From an uncultured Planctomycetaceae bacterium (GTDB lineage Bacteria; Planctomycetota; Planctomycetia; Planctomycetales; Planctomycetaceae), in assembly GCA_963976765.1 (NCBI GenBank), contig CAXBME010000035.1:1-64000 (forward strand): 64,000 nt of DNA. The letters are read 5' to 3'. Below, piece after piece: positions 1-10,511 of this stretch. Made by a program: the position numbers and the translations under genes. Below the pieces are notes generated by a model. The model was given only the letters and a program-made list of their open reading frames with translations. It was not told where the DNA came from and searched no databases. The stretch's first letter is position 1. Each line of letters starts with the position of its first letter.

Positions 1-198
1 GCAAAGGAGCCGCCACCGGATTTTCAACTTTCAACACTCAGCGGGACATCATCGAGGCCGGGTCACGCAGCGGGGACAGCTTTTGATGCAAATAAAATCG
101 AGCGGAGAAATTGGCGGACTTCCGCATTCTCATGCGGAAGTCTGCAACGAAGCGTATTCAGCGCTGACATGACCCGACTTCAGACTGAATTCCGACCT

Positions 199-840
199 CT
201 ATGGGTTGGGGGCGACGCCATCCGGGCGCTGACCGTCGTTCGCGATCACAATGTCCTGCGCTAATCGCGTGAACGAGTCGACATGCATCTTGTCGAGAAT
301 TGAGCGGCGGCGCGCTTCGACTGTGCGAATACCCATATCAAGTCTACGGGCAATTGTTTTACTCGGAGCACCGTCGATGACGAGGCCCATAACCGACTTC
401 TCCTGCGCGGTGAGCTGATCCAGCCGAGCTTGAATGGCCCGCCTCTCCTCGAAACGCTCTTGAGACTCAGTCGCCTGCTGGATGGCAAACCGGATGGCAT
501 TCCAGAGGTCATTGCCCCGGTACGGTTTTTCGAGCAACGTGATGGCTCCGCGCTGCATCGCTTCAACGGTCACGGGCACGTCGGCATACGCAGTGATGAC
601 GATTGCTGGCAGGTGAAAGCCTCGTTCTCGCAGGGCATCGATCAATTCAACAGCATTTCGACCGGGCATCCGCAGGTCGGTGACGAGGCAGCCCGGCTCA
701 CCTGAATAGCGATCCAGAAACTCCTCAGCCGAGGCGAAAGTGTGCGCCTTCAGATTCATGGACCCAACCATTGCCTGGACAGACTCGCGTGAGCGGGAAT
801 CGTCGTCTACCACGAAAACAGCAGGTTCGGTCGTTGTCAT
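199..840 (-). CDS. FixJ/NarL-family response regulator (REC + LuxR HTH)
   Basis: VFVVDDD, CLVTDLRMPG, LLEKP receiver motifs; C-terminal LTAQE…KTIARRLDMGIRTVE HTH; its ATG overlaps the upstream gene's stop (TAATG). Confidence 0.92.
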   Translation of the reverse strand: MTTTEPAVFVVDDDSRSRESVQAMVGSMNLKAHTFASAEEFLDRYSGEPGCLVTDLRMPGRNAVELIDALRERGFHLPAIVITAYADVPVTVEAMQRGAITLLEKPYRGNDLWNAIRFAIQQATESQERFEERRAIQARLDQLTAQEKSVMGLVIDGAPSKTIARRLDMGIRTVEARRRSILDKMHVDSFTRLAQDIVIANDGQRPDGVAPNP

Positions 841-2327
841 TACTTAATCCTTACATCCAGCGGCAGAGTAAACTCGAAGGTCGTTCCTGCGTCCTCATTG
901 TTTCTTGCCGTCAGCCTGCCACCATGTGCTTCCATGATTCGTTTGCTGATCGCCAGTCCAATGCCCGTGCCGTCTGGCTTACTGGTGACAAACGAATCAA
1001 AGAGTTGATCCCACTGGTCATTCTCAATCCCGCATCCGCTATCCGAAATGGCAACGACAATTGCGTCTGAATCCGTAGAGACATTTATCGAAATTTGGCG
1101 CATCGCCCGTTCAGTAGTCAACATTGCATCGATAGCATTCGTCATCAGATTGACCAGCACTTGACGAATCTGCACCGAATCTGCGGTAACCTGCGGCAAG
1201 CCGGCTGGGGGATTCCAGGCAACGGTCACCCCATTGCTCCGCAGTTCGAACGTCAACATCGACAAAGAGCTATCAATCAGGTCCGAAATGATGACGGCGT
1301 CATGTCTGGACGGACGACGCTTTGTGAAATCCCTCAACCCTCGAATGACAGAACCTGCCTGAAGAGCCATTTCGTTGATCTCGTTGATCATGTCAGCCAG
1401 CTTCAGGTCCTTCACATCAGTCGACTCACGCAACTTCTTCTCGCAAACTGTCGAATAATTAGCGATGGCGCTGAGCGGCTGATTTAGTTCGTGAGCGATT
1501 CCCGTTGCCATTTCGGCCATCGTGTTCAGCCTGTTGACGTGAGCCATTTCATCCTGCAGTCGTCGAATCTGGTCTTCGGTATCTCGACGCGACGTAATGT
1601 CTTCCAGCAACCCTTCGATCAGTGGCTCTCCGTCGTCTCTGCCAACTCTTCGCTCACTGATCGATACATACACCATTTGGCGGTCGTGACGAATTACTGG
1701 TACTTCCACCTCTTCAATCACGGCGCCGACGCAGGGCGTCTGTGCCATCGGAATAACTGACTGGACGAACGAGTCGGCAAGCTTCAGTCCAGCAAGTTCC
1801 AATCCGCTCGTCAGACCAAGTATCTGTGCCGCAGCGTCATTGGCATCGACGACCGTCCCGTCCAGTCGACGCCGGAAGACACCGACGCACAGATGGTCGA
1901 GCAACTCTGCCAACCGCAATTCAAGTCGCCGGGCACGGACATTGGTTCGGCTGTGTTTCAACGCAGAACGGACAGCCACTCGAAGACGCACCAGGTGGTG
2001 GACGTTCTTGATAATGTAATCGTCCAGCCCCGACTTCATGGCTTCGACGGCGATTTCCTCATTGCCGGTCGCCGTGAACATCAGCACGGGGCAGTCTGGT
2101 AAGCGTTCTTTGACAGCGTGGAAAACCTTCAGCCCGTCCGTCCAGCGAATCTGAAAGTCCGTAATGACCAGATCGAAAACGGGATTTTCCAGCGCAGCCG
2201 CAAACTCTGCATCGTTGGTTGCTTCGATGACCTCGACGGTCTCGAATTCCTGCTTCAGTTCGCGTCGGACCATGCCCCTGTCGTACGGGCTGTCGTCGAC
2301 CAGCAGAATTCTTAATGTTTCACCCAT
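840..2327 (-). CDS. Hybrid REC-PAS-histidine kinase (FixL-like kinase core)
   Basis: N-terminal receiver (ILLVDDS, ITDFQ), PAS-like middle, H-box AHELNQPL, N-box QVLVNLMTNA, G-boxes DSGCG and GTGIGL; start moved to ATG 2327 to avoid overlap with the upstream gene. Confidence 0.9.
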   Translation of the reverse strand: MGETLRILLVDDSPYDRGMVRRELKQEFETVEVIEATNDAEFAAALENPVFDLVITDFQIRWTDGLKVFHAVKERLPDCPVLMFTATGNEEIAVEAMKSGLDDYIIKNVHHLVRLRVAVRSALKHSRTNVRARRLELRLAELLDHLCVGVFRRRLDGTVVDANDAAAQILGLTSGLELAGLKLADSFVQSVIPMAQTPCVGAVIEEVEVPVIRHDRQMVYVSISERRVGRDDGEPLIEGLLEDITSRRDTEDQIRRLQDEMAHVNRLNTMAEMATGIAHELNQPLSAIANYSTVCEKKLRESTDVKDLKLADMINEINEMALQAGSVIRGLRDFTKRRPSRHDAVIISDLIDSSLSMLTFELRSNGVTVAWNPPAGLPQVTADSVQIRQVLVNLMTNAIDAMLTTERAMRQISINVSTDSDAIVVAISDSGCGIENDQWDQLFDSFVTSKPDGTGIGLAISKRIMEAHGGRLTARNNEDAGTTFEFTLPLDVRIK

Positions 2328-2346
2328 CCGTGCGTGCTGTCCTTCG

Positions 2347-2805
2347 CTAATTGTCACCTGGCAGATCGGGCGACTCATTCAGGATAAGCCAGTAGGTATC
2401 GAGTTGACGGAACATATCAACCAGCGCGTCACCCTCAACTGGTTTGACGAGGTACGAATTGGCCCCCAGATCGTATGCCCGATTGACGTCCGGTGACCGG
2501 CTGGAAGATGTCAACACAACGATCGGCAGTCGCTTGAGGCCTTCCTGCTGTCGAGTCCATTCCAGAACTTCAAACCCGTCGCGTTTCGGCAGTTTCAGGT
2601 CGAGCAGTACCAGCACCGGCAACGGATGCGTATTCCGGTCTGAGTAATTTCCCTCACCCGACAGATACTCGATGGCCTGCTGACCATCAGTCACAAACTG
2701 CAGTGGATTGATGATCCGCGCCTTCTTCATCGACCGGGCAATCAGCCGCGCATCCGGCTGCAGGTCTTCGACGATCAGAATCGGTTTTTCGTGGGGATCA
2801 ATCAT
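2347..2805 (-). CDS. Single-domain response regulator (Rcp1-like)
   Basis: ILIVED, LLDLKLP, VVLTSS, AYDLGANSYLVKP, terminal YW typical of Rcp1-type receivers. Confidence 0.92.
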   Translation of the reverse strand: MIDPHEKPILIVEDLQPDARLIARSMKKARIINPLQFVTDGQQAIEYLSGEGNYSDRNTHPLPVLVLLDLKLPKRDGFEVLEWTRQQEGLKRLPIVVLTSSSRSPDVNRAYDLGANSYLVKPVEGDALVDMFRQLDTYWLILNESPDLPGDN

Positions 2806-5800
2806 GATGTTTTGTGCTTAATTGCTGACGGCAACTCGACCCAGAACCGACTACCTTCGCCGGGAGCCGATTCAACACCGAATCGACCGTTCATTGACTC
2901 AATCGCCCGGCGAACAATGGCCAGACCGATCCCCGTTCCAGGGTAAGTCTCAATACCATGCAGCCGTTCGAAGACTCGGAATATTTTAGCCTGGAATTCC
3001 GGATCAATCCCAATCCCGTTGTCTTCCACCCACAATCGGACACAACCGCCCTGATCTTGACTCCAGATTCTAACGTCAGGCGTCACGTCATCCTCGACGA
3101 ATTTCGTTGCGTTGGAAACCAGGTTCGACATTACCTGCACCAGCGTGCTGCGATGACCGATCACTCGGCCGAGAGGGCGAGCCACTGTCAGTCGGGGATT
3201 TCTCAAATCAAGATCAGCCTTAACCTGTTTGAGCGATCTCTCCACAACGTCGTCAAGATCGACCGGGTCGATCGACATTTCGCCCTGCCCAACCTTGCTG
3301 TACTCCAGCAGGTCCTGGATCAATTCGTCCATCTGTCTGGCGGCCGATTCAATGAACTCGATGTATTCCCGACCGTCGTCATCCAGTTTCTCGTCATAAT
3401 CCTCGCGCAGAGCCTTCGAGAATCCATACATGGCTCGCAATGGGGCCCGCAGGTCATGAGCCACTGAATGGGCATACGCTTCCAGATCATCGTTGGCCTG
3501 CCGCAGTTCAGTTGTCCGTTCTGACACTCGCTGTTCCAGTGCAACATTCAGAACCCGCAACTCCTCAGTCATTTCCCGCCGCTCGGTAACATCCCGCAGC
3601 ACACCGATGAACCGTACCTTCCCGGCTGCCCCTTCGTGCTGACGGACCGCTCGTTCGTGACACCAGACGTACCGGCCGTCGGAGTGCTTCAGTCGAAACT
3701 CGACATCCAGAGGCTGCCCGGTTTTGAAGCTGTTTCCAACGGCTTCTGCGAGACCAGGAAGGTCGTCCGGATGGACGAGTTCGCGAGCAGACGCGCGGTT
3801 GCTTCCGATCGATTCCAGCGAGTAACCGAGAATCGATTCCACATCACCTGACCACGTGACGTCCTGAGTTTCCGCATCCCATTCGACCACGATCTCGCCG
3901 AGTGCCTCGACCAGAGCCGCATTTCTCGCGTGCAGCTTCTTCTGCTCCCGTTCAGCCAGCCTTTTCTCCGTCACGTCTCTCATCGCTGTGACTCGTCCCG
4001 GGCGTCCATTTCGCACAATGTTGCGGCCCAGAACTTCCACGTTGATACGAGTACCGTCCTTCCGCACACCGACGATCTCGTACAGCTCTTCGAAGCGGTC
4101 GCGAATGTGTTGTTGAGTGATCGCAGCCGACTCCGGTGCCGTAATGGCCTCAGGCGTCCGGCCCTGCAGCTCTTCAATGGTGAACCCGAACATGCTCTCG
4201 AATGCCCGATTAATTTCGACGATTTTTCCGTCGTCGAGTACGACGACACCATCGAATGCCGCTTCCGTGATCAGTCGATACTGTTCTTCGCTGTTGCGGT
4301 GGATTTGTTCGTCGCGAGCACGAGTCAGGAGCAGCGAAGCCAGATGCGTCGCTGTGCTCATTAGCTTCTGATAGTGCTCATCGGGTAACCCGGGAATGCG
4401 GCGGTACACCGCAAACGTGGCCAGCACTACGTCTTCAGTATCTTTTACCGGCATGGACCAGCAAGCTCGCATTCCCTCCGCGCGGGCCAGATCACTGTAA
4501 TCTTTCCAGAGGGGAGATGCCTCGATGTCATCGACGAATACCGGCCGACCCCGCCAGGCGGCCGTTCCGCATGAGCCGGCGCTGGCTCCGATCTCACAGC
4601 CGTCAATCGCCTGATTGAAACCGGCACTCAGCCCAGGAGCCGCTCCATGAATCAGTCGAGTACCGGAGGCATCCATCAAGAGGATGGAAGCGGTAACCTC
4701 GTCAGCCTGGTCTTCGATGAACTGGACGAGACGGTGTAGCGCCTCACCAGTCTCGATTCCACGAGCGAAGTCTTCCAGCAGCTCGTATTCCCGTTCGATG
4801 AACCGTTCCGCCCGCCGCCGCTCGCTGACATCATTTAGAATCGCGCGCACTTCTGTGACGATTCCATCGTCGTCATGTCGGCACGAGCAGCGAAACTCGA
4901 CATCGACACGAACCTGGTCACGATTCCACAGGACCGTTGCAAGTTGACCGATCTCCTCTCCCTGGAGGAGCTGGCCGAACAATTGCCGGCATCGATCAAG
5001 TTCATCCGGGAACACGAAATCGAAAACATTTCGGTCCGTCATGTCCTCTCTGGAGTAGCCGAGAGTGTGCAGCCAGGCCCGATTGAAAAAGACCAGACGT
5101 CCTTCCGGATTCACGCTGATGATCATGTCGGATGAATTCTCGAACAGATCGCGGAGCCGCTCCTCGCTCTGACGGATGATGTTCGCCATGCGCCGCGTTT
5201 CAGTCAGGTCGGAAATGGCCGATATGAAGCCCGTCAACCGTCCGTCCGCGTCTCGCTCGTAAGCCCACTCGACACTAACCTCGATCAACCGCCCATCAAC
5301 CGTACGATTGCGGGTTTCGAACGTGGTCGGGAGCGGTTGCTGCTCAACCAGCTCGTGGTAATACGATTTCAGCGAGAGCCCTGCTTCTTCGGTTTCCTGA
5401 AAGTCAAAGATGAATCGTCCGATGAGTTCGTTTGCGGGGCATCCCTGTATCTGTGCCAGCATCGGATTGGCGAAGGTGATGCGGCCCTCCAGATCGCTGC
5501 GTTGAATACCTGTCGGGACCAGTTCCAGAAGTAAACGAGTTCGACGTTCTTCATCGACGAGTCTGGCCGTGCGATCTGTGATCGCCGTCGCCATCGCACG
5601 GAACGCCCGAGAAATCGACTGAATCTCCTTCGGCTGGTTTTCGGGCAGAAGAGTTTCAAAACGTCCTTCCCTCAGTTCATTCGCCGCGTGCACAACGAGC
5701 TGAAGCGGTCGTGTGATGTTTCGCCCGAACGTGATCGTCAGCAGCAACGACAACCCGACAAGAGCTGAACCGGTCAGTAACAATCGGTTGCGGGTTGACC

Positions 5801-6698
5801 TCGCGTCGACAGTCACAACATCGATCGGTGCAATGGCGATGATGCTCCAGTCGAGCCCCTCGTTCTTCCCGAACTGAACCAGGTCCGCATAGCCGGCGAT
5901 AACCTCGTCCCCGACACTGTCGTGATAGATCAGACTTCCAACCTCGCTCTGATGCGAGAACCGCACAGCAAAGTCCGGCTCCGCCTGCAGGTCAGGAAAC
6001 ATGTCCAGGATTCCTACAGAATCATCCTGACTCGTCACCACCCGGCCGGCGTTGTCCACCAGATAAACCGACTTGTCGCCCAGCACGGAATCGTCGAATT
6101 CGGAGACGATGGCCTGCACGCGACGGAGCTGCAGTTCTAGAATCAGAACTTTGATGACTGTCGTGTTGGCATCGTCAGTCACTGGAGTCAGCAGAAGAAT
6201 GGATGCCCCATCGTCAGCTATCACCGCTTCCGAGACAAAAACGTCTCCCTGCTGAGCGGTCAGCGTCTTTTCGAACAATTGCTCGACGTTATCATCGCGT
6301 GACCAGGCCGACTGCCAGTGTTCACCTGACGCGACCTGCCGCATTCCACCACACGCCAGAACGCGTCCATCCAGGTGGGTCACGGTCACATTATCGATCG
6401 CGTCGTCCGCCGCAGCGACTTCCTCCACATACTGCTGAATTGCTTCCGCGTCGTCGCCTTCCAGGACATCGGCCTGAGACACAACCCGCACATTGGAAAC
6501 CCGCTGTGCCACGAAGCGATTGATGTCCCGAGCGACCAGAACACATTGCCGCTCCAGACTTCCTGACACCGCATCAACCAGCGAGCGATACGACAACTCA
6601 GAAGCAAGGGACACATAAATCAGCAGCGGAACCAGAGTGACAATCAACACCAGAACCACCAGACGCCAAACGATTGAATGACTCGTCTGCGGTCGCAT
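2802..6698 (-). CDS. Membrane multi-sensor histidine kinase (Cache-like, HAMP, multiple PAS, GAF, HisKA, HATPase)
   Basis: Two TM segments around a periplasmic region, HAMP (ITRPLQLV), several PAS/PAC motifs, GAF (GSCGTAA…CWSMP), H-box SVAHDLRAPLR, FERLH…GTGIGLA (Cph1-type kinase core). Confidence 0.92.
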   Translation of the reverse strand: MRPQTSHSIVWRLVVLVLIVTLVPLLIYVSLASELSYRSLVDAVSGSLERQCVLVARDINRFVAQRVSNVRVVSQADVLEGDDAEAIQQYVEEVAAADDAIDNVTVTHLDGRVLACGGMRQVASGEHWQSAWSRDDNVEQLFEKTLTAQQGDVFVSEAVIADDGASILLLTPVTDDANTTVIKVLILELQLRRVQAIVSEFDDSVLGDKSVYLVDNAGRVVTSQDDSVGILDMFPDLQAEPDFAVRFSHQSEVGSLIYHDSVGDEVIAGYADLVQFGKNEGLDWSIIAIAPIDVVTVDARSTRNRLLLTGSALVGLSLLLTITFGRNITRPLQLVVHAANELREGRFETLLPENQPKEIQSISRAFRAMATAITDRTARLVDEERRTRLLLELVPTGIQRSDLEGRITFANPMLAQIQGCPANELIGRFIFDFQETEEAGLSLKSYYHELVEQQPLPTTFETRNRTVDGRLIEVSVEWAYERDADGRLTGFISAISDLTETRRMANIIRQSEERLRDLFENSSDMIISVNPEGRLVFFNRAWLHTLGYSREDMTDRNVFDFVFPDELDRCRQLFGQLLQGEEIGQLATVLWNRDQVRVDVEFRCSCRHDDDGIVTEVRAILNDVSERRRAERFIEREYELLEDFARGIETGEALHRLVQFIEDQADEVTASILLMDASGTRLIHGAAPGLSAGFNQAIDGCEIGASAGSCGTAAWRGRPVFVDDIEASPLWKDYSDLARAEGMRACWSMPVKDTEDVVLATFAVYRRIPGLPDEHYQKLMSTATHLASLLLTRARDEQIHRNSEEQYRLITEAAFDGVVVLDDGKIVEINRAFESMFGFTIEELQGRTPEAITAPESAAITQQHIRDRFEELYEIVGVRKDGTRINVEVLGRNIVRNGRPGRVTAMRDVTEKRLAEREQKKLHARNAALVEALGEIVVEWDAETQDVTWSGDVESILGYSLESIGSNRASARELVHPDDLPGLAEAVGNSFKTGQPLDVEFRLKHSDGRYVWCHERAVRQHEGAAGKVRFIGVLRDVTERREMTEELRVLNVALEQRVSERTTELRQANDDLEAYAHSVAHDLRAPLRAMYGFSKALREDYDEKLDDDGREYIEFIESAARQMDELIQDLLEYSKVGQGEMSIDPVDLDDVVERSLKQVKADLDLRNPRLTVARPLGRVIGHRSTLVQVMSNLVSNATKFVEDDVTPDVRIWSQDQGGCVRLWVEDNGIGIDPEFQAKIFRVFERLHGIETYPGTGIGLAIVRRAIESMNGRFGVESAPGEGSRFWVELPSAIKHKTS

Positions 6699-7470
6699 TT
6701 CATTGCCGTTCCCCGAAACCCGAGGACTGTCTACATCTGAGGTTTCCAGTTTCTCACCCTCACTCGTTTATCTGTCAATCACACACATCGGAAAACACGG
6801 AAACTATCGGACGCAATTCTGGCAGAATCGCCATTCTCACGGCAGCGTAGCCAAACAAGGTTAAGATCCATGCGATCAGCCCTGGCTCATTGAACGTCAC
6901 ACGACATTGACGAAGCGAGCAAATATGCAGAGTTAGTTCACGAGTGGCCAGATTGAGCGAATTCTCCGACGGGTCAAGATACTCAGCAGATTCCAACGTG
7001 ATAGTTCGGAGAGTTCACTCAAACATTCAGCACGGCTGGGCCGATGCGTCAAAGCTAAATCCGAGGTCCGGGAAGTAAGGGATTCTCATCCGATATGCCA
7101 CGACTCTGACCGGTGCTCTGTCACGGGAATACTGCAGCCACGTCACTCTCGTTTTTCTGTTCGAGAATGTCCCGGGCGATGGTAAACATCCGACGTCTGA
7201 TTCGCCAAGGGCGACGCATTCTTCTGTGGCATTCGCCCCTTGTATCCGCAACAGCCAGACCAGCTTAATTTTGGCCAGAAACGGGGCATGATGAAGTAGT
7301 GGAGCTGCGTAGCTCTCAGGAACGCCTTTCGAGGGTGTTCTGCGGTCTCATCACAATCAATGGCCATGCTCCCAGGAGGAATGTCTTGTCACACATCGTG
7401 GAAATCAAAACGGAGGTGAAGGAACGGTTCGGTTAGTGTCTTGAGCACTATAGTGCTGGAGGTACCCAGC

Positions 7471-7980
7471 ATGTCGAACCGACTTTCGATGTCGAAGATT
7501 CATTCCATTGAGACACTTCATCAGTCCGGCCATTCCAATCGTAAGATCGCACGTTTACTGAACGTGGATCGCGGGAGCCAGGTCGTTTTCGTACGGATTC
7601 TTCCCATATTCCCGATGCGAAAGTGTCTGCTGTTGAACGCGGCACTGATGCCTTGCTGAGGCAGATCGCCGCCGTCGGGCCACACACCAAAGCCTGGAGC
7701 GAGTCGGTCATTCAGACACGCGGTGTGCAGGGCGTAAGAGTGCTGGCTGGACTGAAAGCTCTGGCCGGCAAGCACACGTCCGATGGTCTGGAGCAGGCCT
7801 GCGAAACTGCTCTGCCCTACGGAGCCTGTCGCCTGAAGAGCATCCGCAATCTGCTCAATCGACCGGCTTCACAGAAACAGCAACCTCTGCCCTTCATTGA
7901 AGAGCCCCCCATCATCCGCCCGCTGTCGGATTACTCCGTTGAATCCCTGAACGCCTTTCGAAAGGAACGAAACCATGAAC
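7471..7980 (+). pseudogene. istA: istA transposase with large internal deletion
   Basis: N-terminal HTH (MSNRLSMSKIHSIETLHQSGHSNRKIARLLNVDR) is joined near 7575, out of frame, to a C-terminal-like part (…EQACETAL…IIRPLSDY); no DDE core between them. Confidence 0.7.
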
Positions 7981-8950
7981 GCGACTTTCTCATTGTGTAC
8001 CGATTTGCTGCGACCGATCCGGTAACTTTGTTTCGCACGAGCGGCAGCTCGAACAAAGTGCCGACGGCACCGTGAACAACTGAAAGAACTACGGCTGAGT
8101 GGGCTTTCGCAGTCGCTGGAAGTACGACTGCACGAAGCGAAGTCTTCGAAACTCGACCATGCCGAATTCCTCGAAATGATCCTGGCTGACGAACTCGTCG
8201 TCCGTCGGGATCGGCAGATTGAACGCCGCACAAAGACGGCAGCGTTTCGCGATCAGAAGTCGGCTTTGAATTCAACCCGTCAGTAAAGCGAAAACAGATT
8301 TACGACCTGGCCGCTGGCGACTTCGTCCGTAAACACCACGACGCCATTCTGGTCGGACCTCCCGGCATCGGAAAAAGTCACATCGTCCAAAGTATCGGAC
8401 GACAACTGATTCGCGATGGCTTCACCGTCTACTGCCGCAGCATCTTCGATTGCGTCCGAGACTTTCTCCACGACGAAGCCTTCGAAGGACACGACCGGAT
8501 TCCCAACCGCTATCTAAAACCAGACCTGGTGATCCTCGACGACATGGGCATGAAGCAACTGCCCCAAAAGAGCGGCGAGCTCCTCTTCGAAATCATCATG
8601 CGTCGCCACGAACTCCGCAGCACCATGATGACCAGCAACCGACCGCTGGAAGACTGGGCAAACCGGCGCCGCCCGCAGGGTGGTCCGGAGACGTCCCGGC
8701 CGCAACGGCCATTCTAGATCGCTTCCTGCAGAATGCCGAACTCATCCAGATCACCGGCCGCAGTTACAGACTCCGAGACCGACAGGCCGACAGAGAAAGC
8801 AGGCCCGCCGAGTCTTCTGAGACAACTCCAGCCGAACCAGCAAACGGCTCATCCAAAACCGGCCAAACCCGCAAACCGGGTCGCAGCACCAAAGCCACGA
8901 AGAACACCAGTAAATTACCCACAAACCTCAACAACACTGGCCGATTCTAA
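7975..8950 (+). pseudogene. istB: istB ATPase, frameshifted
   Basis: AAAGGA RBS then ATG 7975; LKELRLSG, Walker A GPPGIGKS, Walker B LVILDDMG, TSNRPLEDW and ATAILDRFL…GRSYR are split over several frames, with an early stop. Confidence 0.85.
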
Positions 8951-8989
8951 CCCGCAAAAACGTGGCCGGTTTTAACCCGCAAACTGACA

Positions 8990-9624
8990 CATCGGACCAT
9001 CCACAGTCAGTGGGGCGATGAATCCTGTGGAGCGTAACGCACCGACAAATGTCGTTGTCTCCCAACGGCCAAACGGTGCGTCTTCGACCACGCGCGTGCC
9101 ACGTTGTGAGCGACCGTAGACGCGAGTCATATTCGTTTTGGCCCACGTTTCGTCGATAAGAACAACGTGATCTGGATCGAGATCCTGCTGGTTTTGCTTC
9201 CATTGCAAACGCTTCGAGGCCACATCTTCACATTCCTGTTCCGTGGCAATCAGCGTCTTTTTCGCGTCAGCCCCAACGCTCGGCAGGCCTCGCTGAATGT
9301 CCGCTGAGACAACTTTGTCTCATGTTCAGATTCCAGCTTCGCCTGAGTTCGTGCAGATAAATGTCAGGCTGTTCGGAAACGCTCTGGCGTAACCAGCCGC
9401 TCCACTTCTGGCACAATGCACGGAGGTCACGAGTTGCCTTCGAAGCCGTCTTGCCCAGCTCACGACGGTCCTGCTTGATCCGCCTGACCCACGATTCAGA
9501 AACATGAAACCGAGTCGCCACTTCACGCCGAAACTCTTTCGAATAAATCACAGGCACATCCTTGCTGATGCCCGCCTCATTCAAACTGCCTCAATGACGT
9601 TATTCTTATTGACGCGACACTCTA
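8990..9624 (-). mobile_element. Truncated IS630-family element (5' part of transposase, frameshifted)
   Basis: HTH part (EVATRFHVSESWVRR…QPDIYLHEL) and start of the DDE domain ([19 protein letters not shown]…TTFVGALR…DGPM), cut off by the IS21 right end; probable end at TA 9623-9624. Confidence 0.8.
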
Positions 9625-10374
9625 AAATATCCCCAAGTGATCGCGAGCTTCATCGGTCATGCGTTCTGGTGACCAGGGTGGAGTCATCACCAGCTTGATC
9701 TCGGCTTCTTCGACGAGATGCAGACGTTCCAGGGCCATCTTTGCCTGCTGCACAATCTGCGGGCCAGCCGGACAGGCCGGGCTCGTCAAAGTCATATCGA
9801 TGTAAGCGTTTTTGCCATCGTGATTGACCGTGTAGACCAATCCGAGATCGACGATATTGATCATCAGCTCCGGGTCAATCACCGTTCGTAAGGCATCGAT
9901 CATTTTCTCGTCGATCGATTTGTTTTCGTCGTCTTCGGAAGAAACTTCGATAGCTTCCAGCGGGGCAGCTTCGCCATCAGTCGGAATCGTCCGGGGAGCC
10001 GATGGAGTGGCCATGACTGTATTCGCAGGCGTCGGATGATTGCAGCTGGAAACCTCACTGGATGACGGTCTCAGAAAGATCGAACCGTCCTCGATCTTGA
10101 TATCGTAAATCTGAATGCCTTCAGTGGCTGGCATGCAGGTCGGCTTTCCGGTCTTCAGATCGAAACTCGCCCCGTGCCGATCACAGGTGATCGCTCCGTT
10201 TTCAATCGGACCATCGGTCAGCGGTTGACCATCGTGACTGCAAACATCTTCGACTGCCGCGTAGCAACCATCGTCCTGCTGAACCAGCAGCACCGGGATG
10301 TCATCCACGAAAACGGAAAGTCGTTTTCCGGGTTCGAGCTCGTCAACTGACGCAACCTTTTCGTAGTCCGACAT
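9622..10374 (-). CDS. Rieske [2Fe-2S] ferredoxin fused to a DUF59/SufT Fe-S maturation domain
   Basis: Rieske ligands CSH…CDRH; C-terminal VIDPEL…IVDLGL…MTLTSPACP…PPW DUF59 motifs; acidic Pro/Thr linker with no stop. Confidence 0.88.
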   Translation of the reverse strand: MSDYEKVASVDELEPGKRLSVFVDDIPVLLVQQDDGCYAAVEDVCSHDGQPLTDGPIENGAITCDRHGASFDLKTGKPTCMPATEGIQIYDIKIEDGSIFLRPSSSEVSSCNHPTPANTVMATPSAPRTIPTDGEAAPLEAIEVSSEDDENKSIDEKMIDALRTVIDPELMINIVDLGLVYTVNHDGKNAYIDMTLTSPACPAGPQIVQQAKMALERLHLVEEAEIKLVMTPPWSPERMTDEARDHLGIF

Positions 10375-10511
10375 GATTCCTATCCGCTCTTAAAATCGTT
10401 GTTACCTGGACGTGAGCCATTAACGAATGGCTGAGACGAACCCCACTCGAACGTACTGCCGGGACGTGTCCCAGCCTACTCAGAAGCTTTTCCACCTCGT
10501 TGGTGTCGCAA

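Larger units (their letters stand above)
7399..8989 (+). mobile_element. Degenerate IS21-family element (istA/istB remnant)
   Basis: istA- and istB-like fragments; right end has two tandem copies of TGGCCG(A/G)TT(C/T)TAACCCGCAAA (~8938-8983) and ends …CTGACA at 8989. The left boundary is uncertain. Confidence 0.75.

Noticed and set aside
7027..7393. Possible 3' remainder of the IS630 transposase left of the IS21 (…MCDKTFL…, PYFPDL, MPRFWPKL echo IS630 motifs)
   Set aside because: The resemblance is too weak and spread over frames to call without an alignment.
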